The notes under the pieces: generated by a model
Databases searched by the model: none
What the model was told of the DNA's origin: nothing
Seen by the model: only the letters and a program-made list of their open reading frames with translations
From: the human T2T-CHM13v2.0 reference genome, Homo sapiens
Direction: 5' to 3' (one strand)
Assembly (NCBI RefSeq): GCF_009914755.1
Contig: NC_060928.1
DNA: 64,000 nucleotides
Part shown: piece after piece, positions 40,680-54,420 of the stretch
Numbering within the stretch: position 1 is the stretch's first letter
Layout of the letters: each line of letters opens with the position of its first letter
Made by a program: the position numbers and the translations under genes

Positions 40680-43600
40680 GTTTCTATTTTATTGTTTAAT
40701 ATAAAATACAGAGAAAAGTGAATTAAAATTTAATGTACAGCTTAAATAATGATTAAAAAGCAAACTATTGTGTAACCACCTCCCAGGTCAAGAAATGAAC
40801 ATTGCCCATATCACAGTAGCTCCCACCGGTACCTGCTCTATTATACCAGCCTCCTTCTGACCTAGAGGAAATCATACTCTGACTTATATGGTAATTGCTC
40901 TCTGGCTTTTTCTTTTTTTTTTATTTTAACCTCCCAAGCATGCATTTCTAAAGAAAATAGATTCATTTTGCATGTATTATTTTGGGACTGTTTTTTTTAA
41001 CTCAATGTAATTTTTGTGGGATTTATCTATGTTGTTACATTCTAACTGCTCAATAGTCTTCCATTTTATGAATATACCAGCAATTAATAGTTCATTTTCT
41101 TATTGATTTCTTAAGACGTTACATCCATTTTTAACTATTACCAATAATGCTGCACTAAACTTACTGGCACATGCCTCCTAGAACACATGCACTGGCATTT
41201 CAGTGGTTATCTTAATATGAGTGGATTTGTGGATTTTCCTAAGAAGGTAGATCAATTACAACACCACCAGTGGAGTATGAAAATGTTTGAGCTTAACTTT
41301 CTCATTCACTCTTATATTTTGGTCAGTTTTTGCAATTTCAACCATTCTGTTTTGTCGTAGATTACCGTGGTCTTAACTGGCATTTTCTTGTCTTGAATGA
41401 GGTTAGCAACTTTTCTTATGTTTATTGGCCATTTGAATATTCTCATTTGTAAAACTCTGTCTCCCATTCATACATCGTGCTCCATTTTGGCAAATTCTAC
41501 TAAAAGAAAGGAAACAAATATGATTGGTGGGAACTCTGTACGTATTTTGGATATGATGCCTTCATTAGTTGCATGCGTTCATAAATATCTCTCTGTACGT
41601 GAGTTACTTTTTCACTCTCTTCAGTGTCTTCGTTAGCCAATAGTGCTTCAATTTTATGTAGTTAAATTTAATATAATTTCCTTAATGATTAATGCTTCTT
41701 ATATCCAGTTTGGTTTCCTATCTTGAGGTTATAAAAATATTCTCTTTATTATCTTCCAAATGCATTCGTGTTTTAAACACTTTAACATTTAGTAATGATT
41801 CCATCCAGAATTGATTTACTATGTATAGTATGAGGTAGAGATTAAGTTTTATTTTTCCACATGTGGATCCCCAATAAATGATGAATCCTGGATCATTTAT
41901 TTTGAAAGTAATCCTTTCCCAACTCTTTTGCAGTGCTAACTTTATTTTAAAAGAATTGTCCAAATAGGTATGAGATTTTTTTCTGGGCCCATTTTTCTGC
42001 TTCATTGATCTCTTCGTGTATCCTCACACCAGTTCCAAATTTGGTTAATTATTGTATCCTATAAAGTATATTCTAGTATAGCAAATTCTTTCACCTTGAT
42101 CCTTAAGAGTGCATGAGCTATTTTTGGCCTTTTGCATTCCCAGAAAAGATTTTAGAATTGTTTATCAAGTCCCACACACAAAAAGAAAAATACTAAGGAT
42201 TTTGTTGGGGTTGCAATAAATTTATCAGTTTGAGAACTAACATTTATTAGTAGTTTTTATCATAAATTGATATTTAATTTTATTAATTGCCTTTTCTACA
42301 TCAAAATAATTTAAAATTTTCTAGTCTTATCAATGAGCTATTTATTTTCTAGTATTAAATCGACTTTGCATTTTAGTAATAAACAATCTTAAACGTAATG
42401 CATTGTGCTCTTTGTACATTTTCACATTTGGTTGGAAAATACTTTGTAATTTTTGCCACAATATTCAAGATTGATTTTGAACAATTTCCTTTTTTATAAC
42501 AATCTTAATTTTCCTTGTTGTACTTTTCCTTTTTTATAACATAATTTATGGTGTTTAGTATCAAGTGTATGCTTATTTCATGAAACAAATTGAGAGGTCT
42601 TTCAGTTTTTGTATTTTCTGAAAAAATTGCTGTAAGATTGACATGACTTTTGATTGAACGGGCCAGTAAAGCCATGTGAAATTGGAGCTTTCATTGCGTG
42701 AAATGTTTACATTATAATTTTATATTCTTCAATAGTTTCAAAACTATTCACATTTTCTTTTCTTCTTGGATCTATTTTGGTAAATGGTAAAGCTTGGTAG
42801 CTTTATTATATGTTATATAATACAATTTTTTTTTATTTTCACAGAACTGAAGCAAAGACCTTTTTTTTATTCCCAGCATTGGTTACTTGTGTCATAACAC
42901 TTTCCTGAGAGCTTACCTTTGGCTTTGTTGAGTCTCCATAGGGAATTTTTAAAATTTTATTTTTTTTCTGGTTTTAGTTATTATTATTTTCTTCCTTCTA
43001 TAGTTTTTGGATTTATTTTGCTATTCTGTCTCTAATATCTTACCCTTAACTCATTGGTGTTTTAATTTTTTATCTTTTCAAATAGGCACATTTGAGAGTA
43101 TGAACTTCACTCTCATCCTTTTTATTATTTTTCAATTAAAATATTTCTAATTTCTACTTTCTGCCTTTGATCCTTGTTTTTCCAAGAATTATATTTTCAT
43201 AATTTATGATTATACATATGATTTTTAAATATAAAATTGTTAAAGTTTTAAAAAACTGATTTCTAGTTTTATTGCTTTTATTAAGTCAGCAACTGCTCCT
43301 TGTGATTTTAATATTTTCAAATTTATTATACTTGTGAATATAAATACTACAGTTTTGGAGTCCATTGTTCTATAATATATGTTTTGAGAATGTTCTCAAA
43401 TATATAGAGCAAATATTCTGTATTTTAACATGTGTTAATCATGTAATTTAGTGCTTCTATATCCTTAATGATATCTTTGCTATGAATTCTATCAAAAATG
43501 GATAACGGGAATAAAATCTCCCATTAGGATTAGGATTATAGATTTGTCTATATCTCCTAGTAATTTGTTTAATTTTTGTTTTTCAAATGTGAGTCTATAT

Positions 43601-44900
43601 TATTAGGTACATAGACACTTAGAACTGTTGTATCTTATTGTTGAATTGAAAGTTTTATCATAATACTGTCTATTATTAATTTTCAACTGCTTGATATTAA
43701 TCACTTTTTAACTACTGTCTGATATTAACATCTTCCTGATACTAATGTAGGTACAACGGCATTTATTTGCTAGTCACTTAGATGATACATCACTTTTTAT
43801 GCTTTTGTTTTTAAATCTTCTTTGTATTTATTTTAATATGTTTCTCTTTAAGTAAAAAATATTGAATGTTTTTGTTTGAGTTTAATCATTGCATTTTAAT
43901 TTGTGCACATATGGTGTTTTTATTTAATGAAATTGACAATATATTTAAATGTTGACTGAGAATGCTGTTTTCTTTTGATCTCAGTTCTCTCATTTCTGCA
44001 ATCTCCTATTTTTTACGATTGAGTAGTTTTTATTATTCAATTTTTATTCTGTTAGTTTTGTAATATGTATCTGCTACAGATTACATCATGAATCCTTGAC
44101 TCACAAAAAAAGAAAACTTAAAAACAATCTGTACTTTTATCCTCTTCCAGCCTAATTAAACTCCACTTACCCACTGCATGATATTGTTGGTGTGTATTTT
44201 AATTACATAGTTTACATTTCAAAAGACATTAGTAATGTTGTTTTATAATTTTGTTGTTCATTTCAATTGACTCACAAATTTACATTTTTGTTACTTTTCC
44301 TTTCTTCCTACATGTCAAGTTTCCATCTGGGATAATTTTTTTTGTTTGCCTGATATGAATGAAGCTGGAAACCATCCTTCTCAGCAAACTAACACAGGAA
44401 CAGAAAACCAAAAACTACATATTCTCACTTATGAGTGGGAGTTGAACAATGGAAATACATGGACACAAGGAGGGGAACATCACACACCGGGGCCTGTCGG
44501 AGGGTCGGGGGCTGGGGGAGCGATAACATTAGGAGAAATACCTAATGTAGATGACAGGTTGATGGGTGCAGCAAACCACCATGGCACACGTATACCTGTG
44601 TAACAAACCTGCACCTTCTGCGCATGTATCCCAGAACTTAAAGTATAATAAAAAATAAAAAATAAATAAGAATGTTAGTGAGAAAAAAATTTCCTTTAAT
44701 GTAAAAACACTGTTAAAAATTTTTATCAGTTTTCATTTTCTGAAATGCTTTTAGGTCATCTTGAATCTAGAAAGATAATTTTCAGTGAGTATAGAAGTCT
44801 AGCTTGGCAGTCTTTTCCTTCAGTATATTGAGGATACCCTTTCTCTTACTCCTGGCTTCTGTCTACTTTTTGTAGATCTTACCTTGTTAATATGTCATTA
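40680..44900 (-). mobile_element. long, old L1M(E/D) fragment
   Basis: T-rich. ORF 41718-42005 resembles decayed ORF2. Interrupted by an L1PA 3' end. Confidence 0.7.
44356..44668 (+). mobile_element. L1PA6/7-type 3' end (5'-truncated) with A-tail
   Basis: gaagctggaaaccatc...cagcaaaccaccatggcacacgtatacc...agaacttaaagtataataaaaaa. Confidence 0.93.
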
Positions 44901-45539
44901 ACTTTTTAGGGCTCTGATGTCTTATAGTGTTTTTGTTTTGTTTAATTTTTATTATTTTTTTTTCTTTTAACAATTTTCCTTTTGGGGAAAGTTGGTTTAA
45001 ATTATCTAGGATATCCTTCTTGGAAATAAAAAATCATTAATTTCTTTTATAATAAGAAAAATCAATACATTTAATGTAAAGAAACTAAGGGTATCTAGAT
45101 CATAGATACAGCAGCCTGTAAGTATTCCCTTTTCTCCACAACTTTGCCAGCATCTGTCATTTTCTAACTTTTAATAATAGCCATTCTGACTAGTGGAAGA
45201 TGGTATCTCATTGTGATTTTTATTTGCATTTCTCTGATAGTTAGTGAGGTTGACCATTCTTTCGGTTGTTCACTGGCCATGTATAGGTTGTCTTTTGAAA
45301 AGTGTTCATGTTCTTTACCCACTTTTTAATGGGGTTATTTGGTTTTTGCTTGTAAATTTGTTAAAGTTCCTTAGAGATTCTGGATGTTAGACCTTTTTCA
45401 GATCCATAGTTTGAAAATATTTTCTCCCATTCTGTAGGTTGTCTGATTCTCTGTTCAGAGTATCTTTTGCTGTGCAGAAGCTCTTTTGTTTAATAAGGTC
45501 CCATTTGTCAGTTTCTGTTTTCGTTGCATTGCTTTTGGC

Positions 45540-45835
45540 TTTTTTTTTTTTTTTTTCTTTTTCAGAATCTTGTTCTGTCGCCAGGCTGGAGTGCAGTGGC
45601 ACGATCTCAGCTCACTGCAACTTCTGAATCCCTGGTTCAAGCAATTCTCCTGTCTCAGCCTCCTGAGTATGGGACTACAGGCACATGCCACCATGCCAAG
45701 CTAATTTTTGTATTTTTAGTAGAGATGGGGTTTCACCATGTTGGCCAGGATGGTCACCATCTCTTGACCTCATGATCCATCCGCCTCGGCCTCCAAAAGT
45801 GCTACTATTACAGGCATAAGCCACCTTACCCAGCC
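45540..45835 (-). mobile_element. AluSc-like inserted in L1
   Basis: Poly-T, tgtcgccaggctgg and ggccaggatggtc diagnostics. Confidence 0.95.
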
Positions 45836-47340
45836 TTTTTAGCATCTTTATCATGAAATCTTTGCCAGGTCTTACGTCCAGAATGGTATTTCCTACATTA
45901 TCTTCCAGAGTTTTTATAGTTTTAGGTTTTACATTTAAGTCTTTGATACGTCTTGTGTTGATTTTTGAATATTGCGTAATGAAGTGGTCCAGATTTGATC
46001 TTCTGCATATGGCCAACCAGTTATCCCAGCACCGTTTATTGAATAGGGAATCCTTTCCACATTGCTTATTTTTGTCAGGGTTGTTGAAGATCAGATGGTT
46101 GTAGGTATGCTGCCTTATTTCTGGGCTCTATTCTTTTCCATTGGCGTGTTGTGTCTGTTTTTGTATCAGTATCATGCTCTGTTGGCTACTGTAATCTTGT
46201 AGTACAGTTTAAAGTCAGGTAGAGTGATGCCTCTAGCTTTGTTCCTTTTGCTTAGGATTACCTAGGCTATTCAGGCTCAGTTTTGGTTTCATATGAATTT
46301 TAATATAGTTTTTATAATTCTGTGAAGAATATCATTTGTAGTTTGATAGAAATAGCACTGAATCTCTAAATTGCTTTGGGCAGTATGGCCATTTTAACAA
46401 TATTGATTCTTCCTATTCATGAGCATGCAATGTTTTTCCATTTGTTTCATCTCTGATATCTTGGAGCAGTGTTTTGCAGTTTTCATTATACAGATCTTTA
46501 ACCTCCCTGGTTAGCTGTACTCCTAGATATCTTATTCTTTTTGAGGCTATTGTGAATAGAATTGTGTTCTTGCTTTGGCTGTCAATTTGGATGTTGTTGG
46601 TGTATAAGAATGTTACCGAATTTTATACATTGACTTTTATCCTGAAATGTTGTTTTATCAGATCAAAAAGCTTTTGGGCAGGGACTATGGGGTTTTCTAT
46701 TCATAGAATCTTACTGTCTTCAAGTAGGGATAGATTGACTCCCCTCTCTTCCTATTTGGATGCCTTTTATTTCTTTCTCTTTCCTGACTGCTCTGGCTAG
46801 GACCTCCAGTACTATGTTGAATAGGAGTAGTGAGAGAGGGCATCCTTGTCTTGTGCTGGTTTTCAAGGGGAATGACTCCAGCCTTTGCCCATTCAGAGTA
46901 ATGTTGGCTGTGGATTTTCCATAGATGGCCCAAAACTTCGAAGTACATTTCTTCAACGCCTTGTTTGTTGAGAGTTTTTAGCATGAAGAAATGTTGAATT
47001 CTATTGAAAGTCTTTTCTGCATCTATTGAGATGATCATATGGTTTTTGTTTTTAGTTTTGCTTATGGTGAATCACATTTATTGATTTGTGTATGTTGAAC
47101 AAACCTTGCATCTCAGGGATGAAGCCTGTTTGATTGTGGTGCATTAGCTTTTTGATATGCTGCTAGATTCGGTGTGCTAATATATTTTTGAGGATTTTGC
47201 CTGATGTTGGCCTGAAGTTTTCTTTCTTCTAAATGAAAAGTTTTCTCTTTTTGTGTCTTTGCCAGGTTTTGCTATCAGGATGAATCTGGTCTCATAAAGT
47301 GAGTTAGTAGGCAGTCCTTTCTCCTCCATTTTTTTGGAAT

Positions 47341-48224
47341 AGTCTTGCACTGCTATAAATAAATATCTGAGAATAGAAAATTTATAAAGAGGTTGAATTG
47401 ACTCACAGTTCCACAGGCTCACAGTACAGGAAGTATGATGCTGGCCATCCGGTTGGCTTCTGGGGAAGACTCAGGAAACTTCGAATCATGGTGTAGCAGG
47501 ATAAGCTGCAGACAAAACCATTCAGACACCGAGTTAAAGAAGAAAGGGCTTTATTTGGCCGGGAGCTTCAGCAAGACTCACATCTCCAACAACCGAGCTC
47601 TCTGAGTGAGCAATTCCTGTCCCTTTTAAGGGCTCAGAACTCTAAGGGGGTCCACGTGAGAGGGTCATGATCAATTGAGCAAGCAGGGGGTACGTGACTG
47701 GGGGCTGCATGCACTGGTAATTAGAATGGAACAGAACAGGACAGGGATTTTCACAGTGCTTTTCTATACAATGTCTGTAATCTATAGATAACATAACTAA
47801 TTAGGTCAGGGGTCGATCTTTAACTACCAGGCCCAGGGTATGGCACCAGGCTGTCTGCTTGTGGATTTCATTTCTGCCTTTTAGTTTTTACTTCTTCTTT
47901 CGTTGGAGGCAGAAATTGGCATAAAACAATATGAGGGGTGGTCTCCTCCCTTAATGACCCTTAATCACCCATAAGAGGTGAAGGGGGAGCCAGCATGTCT
48001 CACATGGCCTGAGCAGGAGGAAGAACAGGACAGAGGAGGTGCTACCCACTTTTAAACAACCAGATCTTGTAAGAACTATATCACGAGACAGCACTAGGGG
48101 GATGGTGCTAAATAATTGGAAACCACCCCCATGATAGAGTTACCTCCCACCAGGCCCCACATCCAGCATTGGGGATTACATTTCAACATGAGATTTGGGT
48201 GGGGACACAGATTCAAACCATACA
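47341..48224 (-). mobile_element. MSTA LTR inserted in L1 ORF2, itself split by LTR2
   Basis: gcactgctataaataaatatctgag...tcaggaaacttcgaatcatgg // gaggtgaagggggagccagc...gagatttgggtggggacacagattcaaaccata. Confidence 0.9.
47492..47953 (-). mobile_element. LTR2 (HERV-E/Harlequin) solo LTR
   Basis: Reverse strand starts taagggaggagaccacccctcatattg and ends ...tcctgctaca. Flanks atgg/atga. Confidence 0.9.
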
Positions 48225-51200
48225 AATAAGGTACCAGCTCTTCTTTATACATCTGATAGAATTTGGCTGTGAATCCATCTGGTCCTGGACTTTTCCTGAT
48301 TAGTAGGCTTTTTATTACAGATTCAGTTTCAGAATTTATTATTGGTCTGTTAAGAGGTTAAATTTCATCCTGGTTCATTCTTGGGAGGTTGTAAGTTTCC
48401 AGTAATTTATCAATTTCTTCTAGGTTTTCTAGCTTGTGTGCACAGAGGTGTTCATAGTAGACTATGAGAAGTTGTTTTTTGCATTTCTGTGCAGGCTAGT
48501 GGTAATGTCTCCTTTGTCATTTCTGATTGTGTTTATTTGGATCTCTTCTTTTCTTTACTACTAGATAGCAGTCTATCTTTCTTATTCTTTCAAAAAACCA
48601 GCTCCAGGATCCATTGATCTTTTTTATGGATTTTTACATCTCAATTTCCTTCATTTCAGCTCTGATTTTGGTTTTTGTCTTCTGCTAGCTTAGGGGTTGA
48701 TTTGCTCTTGTTTTGCTAGTTCCTCTAGTTGTGATGTTAATTTGTTAATCTGAGATCTTTCTAATGTGATCTGAGAGCTTTTTAATGTGAGTATTCATTG
48801 CTATAAACTTTCCTCTTAACATTGTTTTACCTGTGTCCAGAGATTCTGATATGTTGTATCTTTGTTCTCATTAGGTTCAAATAATTTCTTGATTTCTGCT
48901 TTAATTTTATTATTTGCCCAGAAGTCATTCAAGAGAAGATTATTTAATTTACATGTAATTATATGGTTTTCAGTGATTTTCTTAGCATTGGTTTGTATTT
49001 TCATTGCAATGTGGTCCAAGAGTGTGGTTGGTATGATTTCAAGGTTTTTTTTTTTTTAATTTGCTGAGGATTGTTTTATACCCAATTGTGTTGTCAGTTT
49101 TAGAGTATGTGCCATATGCAGATGAGAAGAATGCATATTCTGTTGTTTTGGAGTGAGAGTTCTGTAAATGTTTATTAGGTCCATTTGGTGAAGTGATGAG
49201 TTCAGGTCCTGAATATCTTTGTCAGTTTTCTGCCTCAATGATCTGTCTAAACTGTCAGTGTGCTGCTGAAAGTCTCCCATGATTATTGTGTGGTTATCAA
49301 GTCTCTTCATAGGTCTCTAAGAACTTGCTTTTTTTGCTTTGAGCCCATGTGTGTCATTGCATGTGAGTTGGGTCTTTTGAAGACAGAATAGCATGGGTCT
49401 TGCACTTTATCCAATTTGCTAGTCTGTGCCTTTTAATTGGGGCACTTATCCTGTTTACATTCAAGGTTATATTGATATATGTGGATTTGATCCTGTCATC
49501 ACATTGTTAGCTAGTTACTATGCACACTTGTTCGTATGGTTGCTCTACAGTGTCACTGGTCTGTGTACTTAAGTGTGCTTTTGTAGTGGCCAGTAATAGT
49601 CTTTCCTTTTTGTATTTGCCACTGTCTTCAGGGCCTCTTTTAAGGCAGGTCTAGTGATAACAAAATCCCTTAGCATTTACTTGTCTGAAAAACGTCTTAT
49701 TTCTCCTTTGCTTATGAAGCTTAGTTTGGCTGAATATGAAATTCTTAGTTGGAAATTGTTTTCTATACAAATAATGAATATAGGACCCATTCTCTTCTGG
49801 TTTGTAATGTTTCTGCTAAAAGGTTCCCCATCAGGCTATCTTACCCCTTCTCTCTAGCTGCCTTTAAATTTTTTTCCATCAGTTCGTCCTTGGAGATTCT
49901 GATGATTGTGTGTCTTGGGGATGATCTTCTTGTGTAGTATTTCACAGGGGTTCTCTGCAGTTCCTGAATTTCAATGTTGACCTCTCTAAAAAGGTTGGAG
50001 AAATTCTTGTGGGTGACATCCTGAAATGTTTTTTTTTCAAGTTGCTTGATTTCTCACCTTCTCTCTCAGGGATTCCAATGAGTCATAGATTTGGTGTCTT
50101 TACATAATCCCATATTTCTCAGAGGTTTTGCTTGTTCTTCTTTATTGTTTTCTCTTTATTTTTGTCTGAGTTATATTGGAGAGCCAGTCTTCAAGCTCTG
50201 AGATATATTTCCTCAGCTTGGTTGATTCTGCTGTTATACTTGCGATTATATCCTGAAATTCTTGAAGTGACTTTTTCAAGTCTGTCAGATCAGTTTGGTT
50301 CTTTTTTAAATGGGCATTTTGACTTTCATCTCCTGTATCACTTGATTGTATTCCTTAGAAACCTTGGATTGGGTTTCAATTTTTTCCTGCATCTTGATGA
50401 TCTTCATTCCTCTCCATATTCTGAATTCTGTCATTTCAGCCATTTCAGCCTGCTTAAGAACCAATGCTGGGGAACCAGTGTGATTGTTTGGAGGTGAAAA
50501 GACATCTGGCTTTTTGATTTGCCAGAGTTCTTGTGCTGGTTCTTTCTCATCTGTATGGACTAATGTTCCTTCAATCATTAACATTTCTGTCCTTTTTTTT
50601 TTTTTCTTTTATCCTCTTTGATGTCCTTGGAAATTTGATTGGGGTATAAGGTGGGTTCAGTTCAATGGCCTTCATTTCTAAAAGATTTTAGGGGGCCAAT
50701 GCTCAGTTCAGGACTCCTGGGCTGTGTGTTCTAACTCTGGGGGACTGGTATCGCATGCTCACCTTTGTTTTCTGGTAACTTAAAGTTAAGGAATCTGCTG
50801 TGCTGGAAAGGCCAAGGTGTTCCAGACTGCTAGTTACAACACCCCAAAGAGTGGTGCCAGCCAAAATGCTTCATCAGGCCATGGCAGTGGGATCTGGGTT
50901 CATTGGCATGTGCTAGCAGCAGTGGCAGCATGGTTGGATGGACGCTTTTTGGTTGAGGAGAGAATGCTGGTGGGTCCAAGGGTCCTGGCCTCCATGCCCA
51001 CATTGGCAGTAGTGGTGGTATGGCACAGTACAGTGAGGAGGGAGGATTAGGTGGGGCCACTGGCATCCTTGCATGCATTCTCACTGGCAGCAGTGTTGGT
51101 GTGGGAGCAGGGTGCAGGTGGGCCTGGGACTGGAGGTCTCCATATGCACATTGCACCAGCAGCTCAGGACGGGGATGGAAGCTCAGGACAGGGATCAGTG

Positions 51201-52147
51201 CCACTGGTCTTCTTGCATGCATCTGCATTGGCAATGTTAGCATGGTGGGGGTGGGGTGCACTCATGCTTGCAGCAGTGGCACAGTGGGGTGCACATACAC
51301 ACACACGCTGGTGGGAAAGGGCAGAAGAGGTCTGCCTGCACGCAACCACGCCGGCAAAGCAATCTGGAAGGTTTCCATGGGCAAAGCAATCTGCAAGGTT
51401 TTCATGGTCAAAGAGGCACAGGAAAGGGTGCAGTGGAAGGAGAGTGTGGGTGGGCTGGTGTGCATCAGCAGAGGCTGCTTTACTGGAGATCTCTGATGAT
51501 CAGGCACAGTTGGCTGGCATGGGAGCTATAATGCAAGCCCCCAAAAGGCACCTGGGCATTCTAGATAGCACTGCAAGCAGGCATGGCCAGGCTGGGTCCC
51601 AGGAAAGGCAAGCAGACAGGGGTCGCTCAAGTCAGACTGGCCCTGTCTCATGGGCAAAATTGCCCTGCTCTGTTCAAGTACAACAGTTCCTCTAAGGTAA
51701 AGTTTCCTAGGAGAACAAGGCGAGTCTTGAGGGGTGGGCATCCCCAGCCATGCTCCACTTTGACACTCCCACACATGACCTGTGGACTCCAGACTGGCTG
51801 GGGTTCTGTTCTGTTCCTATCATCTCTCTATGCAGCTCATCCTGGCAGCTCAAGTGTCCATGAGGATCAGGGATCTGCTGCCAGGATTCCAGAGGTCCAT
51901 GGAGAGAATAGGTTGCTCCTCACCCACTCAACTCACTCCTTCCCCAGGAGTCACTGGTGGCCAGGAACAAGTCCTGGTGCACAGTAGTCCCATGCAGCGT
52001 TCCCAGCTTCCTCCCTCTTCGGCTCAGCATCTGTGTCCTCCCTCTGACTGCTCTCGATGCCATACCTCTGAGGAGATCTGTTCAGAGTATGCCATTCTTC
52101 TTGATGTCTCAGACCCTCAGTGGCATATGTTGAGCCATCTTACGCTA

Positions 52148-54420
52148 TGATTATTTTGAACAAACTGTTATCTCTTAAATTAAGACTAAGAAAACTTGAA
52201 GTCTTTATTTTTACCTTGACCTATTCCTTCCTTAATGTTCTGTCTTTCTTTATGTAGATCCTAGTTTCTGATCTACATTGTTACCCTTCTCACTAAATAA
52301 CTTTTTTGTTGTGTTTTGTTTTTTGAGAAAATTCTCACTCTGTCACCGAGGCTGGAGTGCAGTGGTGCAATCTTGGCTTACTGCAGCATTGACTTCCCAG
52401 TCTCAGGTGATCCTCCCACCTCAGCCTCCTGGGTCGTTGGAACTACAGGTGTACTCCACAATGGCTAATTTTTAATTATTTTTGTAGAGATGGGGTTTCA
52501 CCATGTTGCCCAGACAACTCCTGGGCTCAAGCGATCTCTGGGCTCAAGAGATCCACCTGCCTCCAGTGCTGGGATTACAGACATGAACCACTGTGCCTGG
52601 CTTAAATAATGTCTTTTAATATTTCTTTTGTAGCAGTTCTACCGGTAACAAAATCTCTTAATTTTTGTTTGTCTAAGAAAATCTATTTCCCCATTACTTT
52701 TGAAGGATAATTTCACAAAATACAGAATTCCTGGGTAGAGGGATATTTAAAGATTTAAATATTTCACTCAACTCTTTTTTTGCTTGTGTGAATTCTAAAG
52801 GGAAGTCAGAAGTAATTTTTATCTTTCCTCTATAGGTAAGGTGTTTCTCCACCCCAAACCAGACCTTTTACAGGACTTTTTCTATATCTTCGATTGTCTG
52901 TAGTTTAAGAATGATATGCATAGGTGTAGTTTTTCATTCTGTTTTGTTTTGCTTTGCTTGTTTCTTTTTGCATTCTCCTCCTTGGTATTCTCCAAGCTTC
53001 CTGGATCTGGGCTTTTATATCTATCTTACATTAATTTGGATAAATTCTCAATCATTATTGTTTCAAAATTTTCTTCTATGGCGTTACCTTTCTTCCCCTT
53101 CTGGTATTCCCATTACACATATGTTACAATTTTTGTAGTTGTCTCACAGTCCTTGTATATTCTGCTCTGTTTTTCTGTTCTTTCCTTTTCTTTTGACTCT
53201 TTTTTTTTCTCTTTTTTCTTTTCTTTTCTCTCTTTTTAAAATCTTGAATCTCTCTGCTTTTCAGTTTTGGAGGTGTCTATTGACATATCCTCAAGGTCAG
53301 AGAGCCTTTCCTCATACGTGCTTAGTCTACTGATAAACCCATCAAAATCATTCTTCATTTTTATTATAGTCCTTTTTATCTCTAGCATCTCTTTTTGGTT
53401 CAGTTTTAGTATTTTCATCCCTCTACTTACATTGCCCATCTGTTCTTGTATACTACTTTATTTATTAGAGCCCTTAGCAGACTAATCATAGTCTTTAAAA
53501 TTTTCCAGTCTGTTAATTTCAACCTCTGTCATATATGACTCTGGTTCTGATGCTTCCTCTGCCACTTAAAATTGTATTTTTGGCCTTTCATTATGTCTTG
53601 TAACTTTTCCTTGATAACCAGCTAGTAAAAAAAGAGAAAAAAAAATTGCTGTGAACCGGCCTTTAGCAAGGCAGTGGTGAGGCGGGATGGGAGGGGAGGC
53701 ATTCTATAGTGCTATGATTATATAGCAGTTTTTAGAGAATCTATGCCTCTGAATCATGACCCTGACAAATGCTTCTCAGTCCTTCCTTCATCAGGTGGGA
53801 GAGGATGGCTAGTGGGCTAGAGCATGCTAGTGGGTTTCAGAGTGGAAGGCTAGAGTGGGATGGAGTTGGGTATATCCCTTCCCCCATGTTAATCAGGTCC
53901 TGTTAATAGCCCAGCAGTTTCACATCAGGTTAAACAATTTTTCCTGAGGGAAGAAAGAAGAAGAGTGTGCTCTAGCATTTATAAAAATGGTTATTTTTCT
54001 TCTCCTCCCGCCAGGAGCACAAGGAATTTTTCTTTGATGTTTACAGTTGATCTCATGGAGATAAATCTTACAATATCGTGGGGGCCCTCCACTACTGGGT
54101 GCCCCGCAAATTTTTAACATTAGAGTTGTCTACACTGTGCCTCCAGAACATTGGTGATTATAGTTCAAGTTTTTCTACTCTGGCCCTGGTTTCTAGGGTG
54201 ATTTCCACTAATGATTCTCTGCTCCAATAAGCCTTGACTCTCTGTATTCATCTTTCTGTCTTTCCCTTCCTAGGAGCAATGGTCTGCTCTGTGTCCTTGT
54301 CTCTGTTACAGATGCTAGAAGAGTTGTTGATTTTTAGTCTGTTCAGCTTTTTACTTGGGTTAGGATAGAATGATGACTTCCAAGATCCTTATATGTAGAA
54401 CTGAAAACTGGAACCTCATG
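52148..54420 (-). mobile_element. old L1M(C/D) ORF1 and 5' region
   Basis: ORF 53236-53439 NQKEMLEIKRTIIKMKNDFDGFISRLSTYEERLSDLED is an L1 ORF1p coiled-coil. Confidence 0.8.
52310..52602 (-). mobile_element. AluJ with small internal rearrangements
   Basis: Alu body with duplicated ctgggctcaag.gatc. Confidence 0.9.

Larger units (their letters stand above)
45110..52140 (-). mobile_element. older primate L1 (L1PA13-16/L1PB-type) with 5'UTR, ORF1 and ORF2 remnants, lacking its 3' end
   Basis: ORF2 peptides [38 protein letters not shown] and TIIMGDF. ORF1 peptide 50306-50584. GC-richer 5'UTR ~50650-52140. Confidence 0.92.

Noticed and set aside
48748-48790. Short tandem duplications inside L1 (also ~51352-51412)
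   Set aside because: Diverged slippage products with no sign of function.
50817-52150. 214-aa and other overlapping ORFs
   Set aside because: They fall in the GC-richer L1 5'UTR and are chance open frames.
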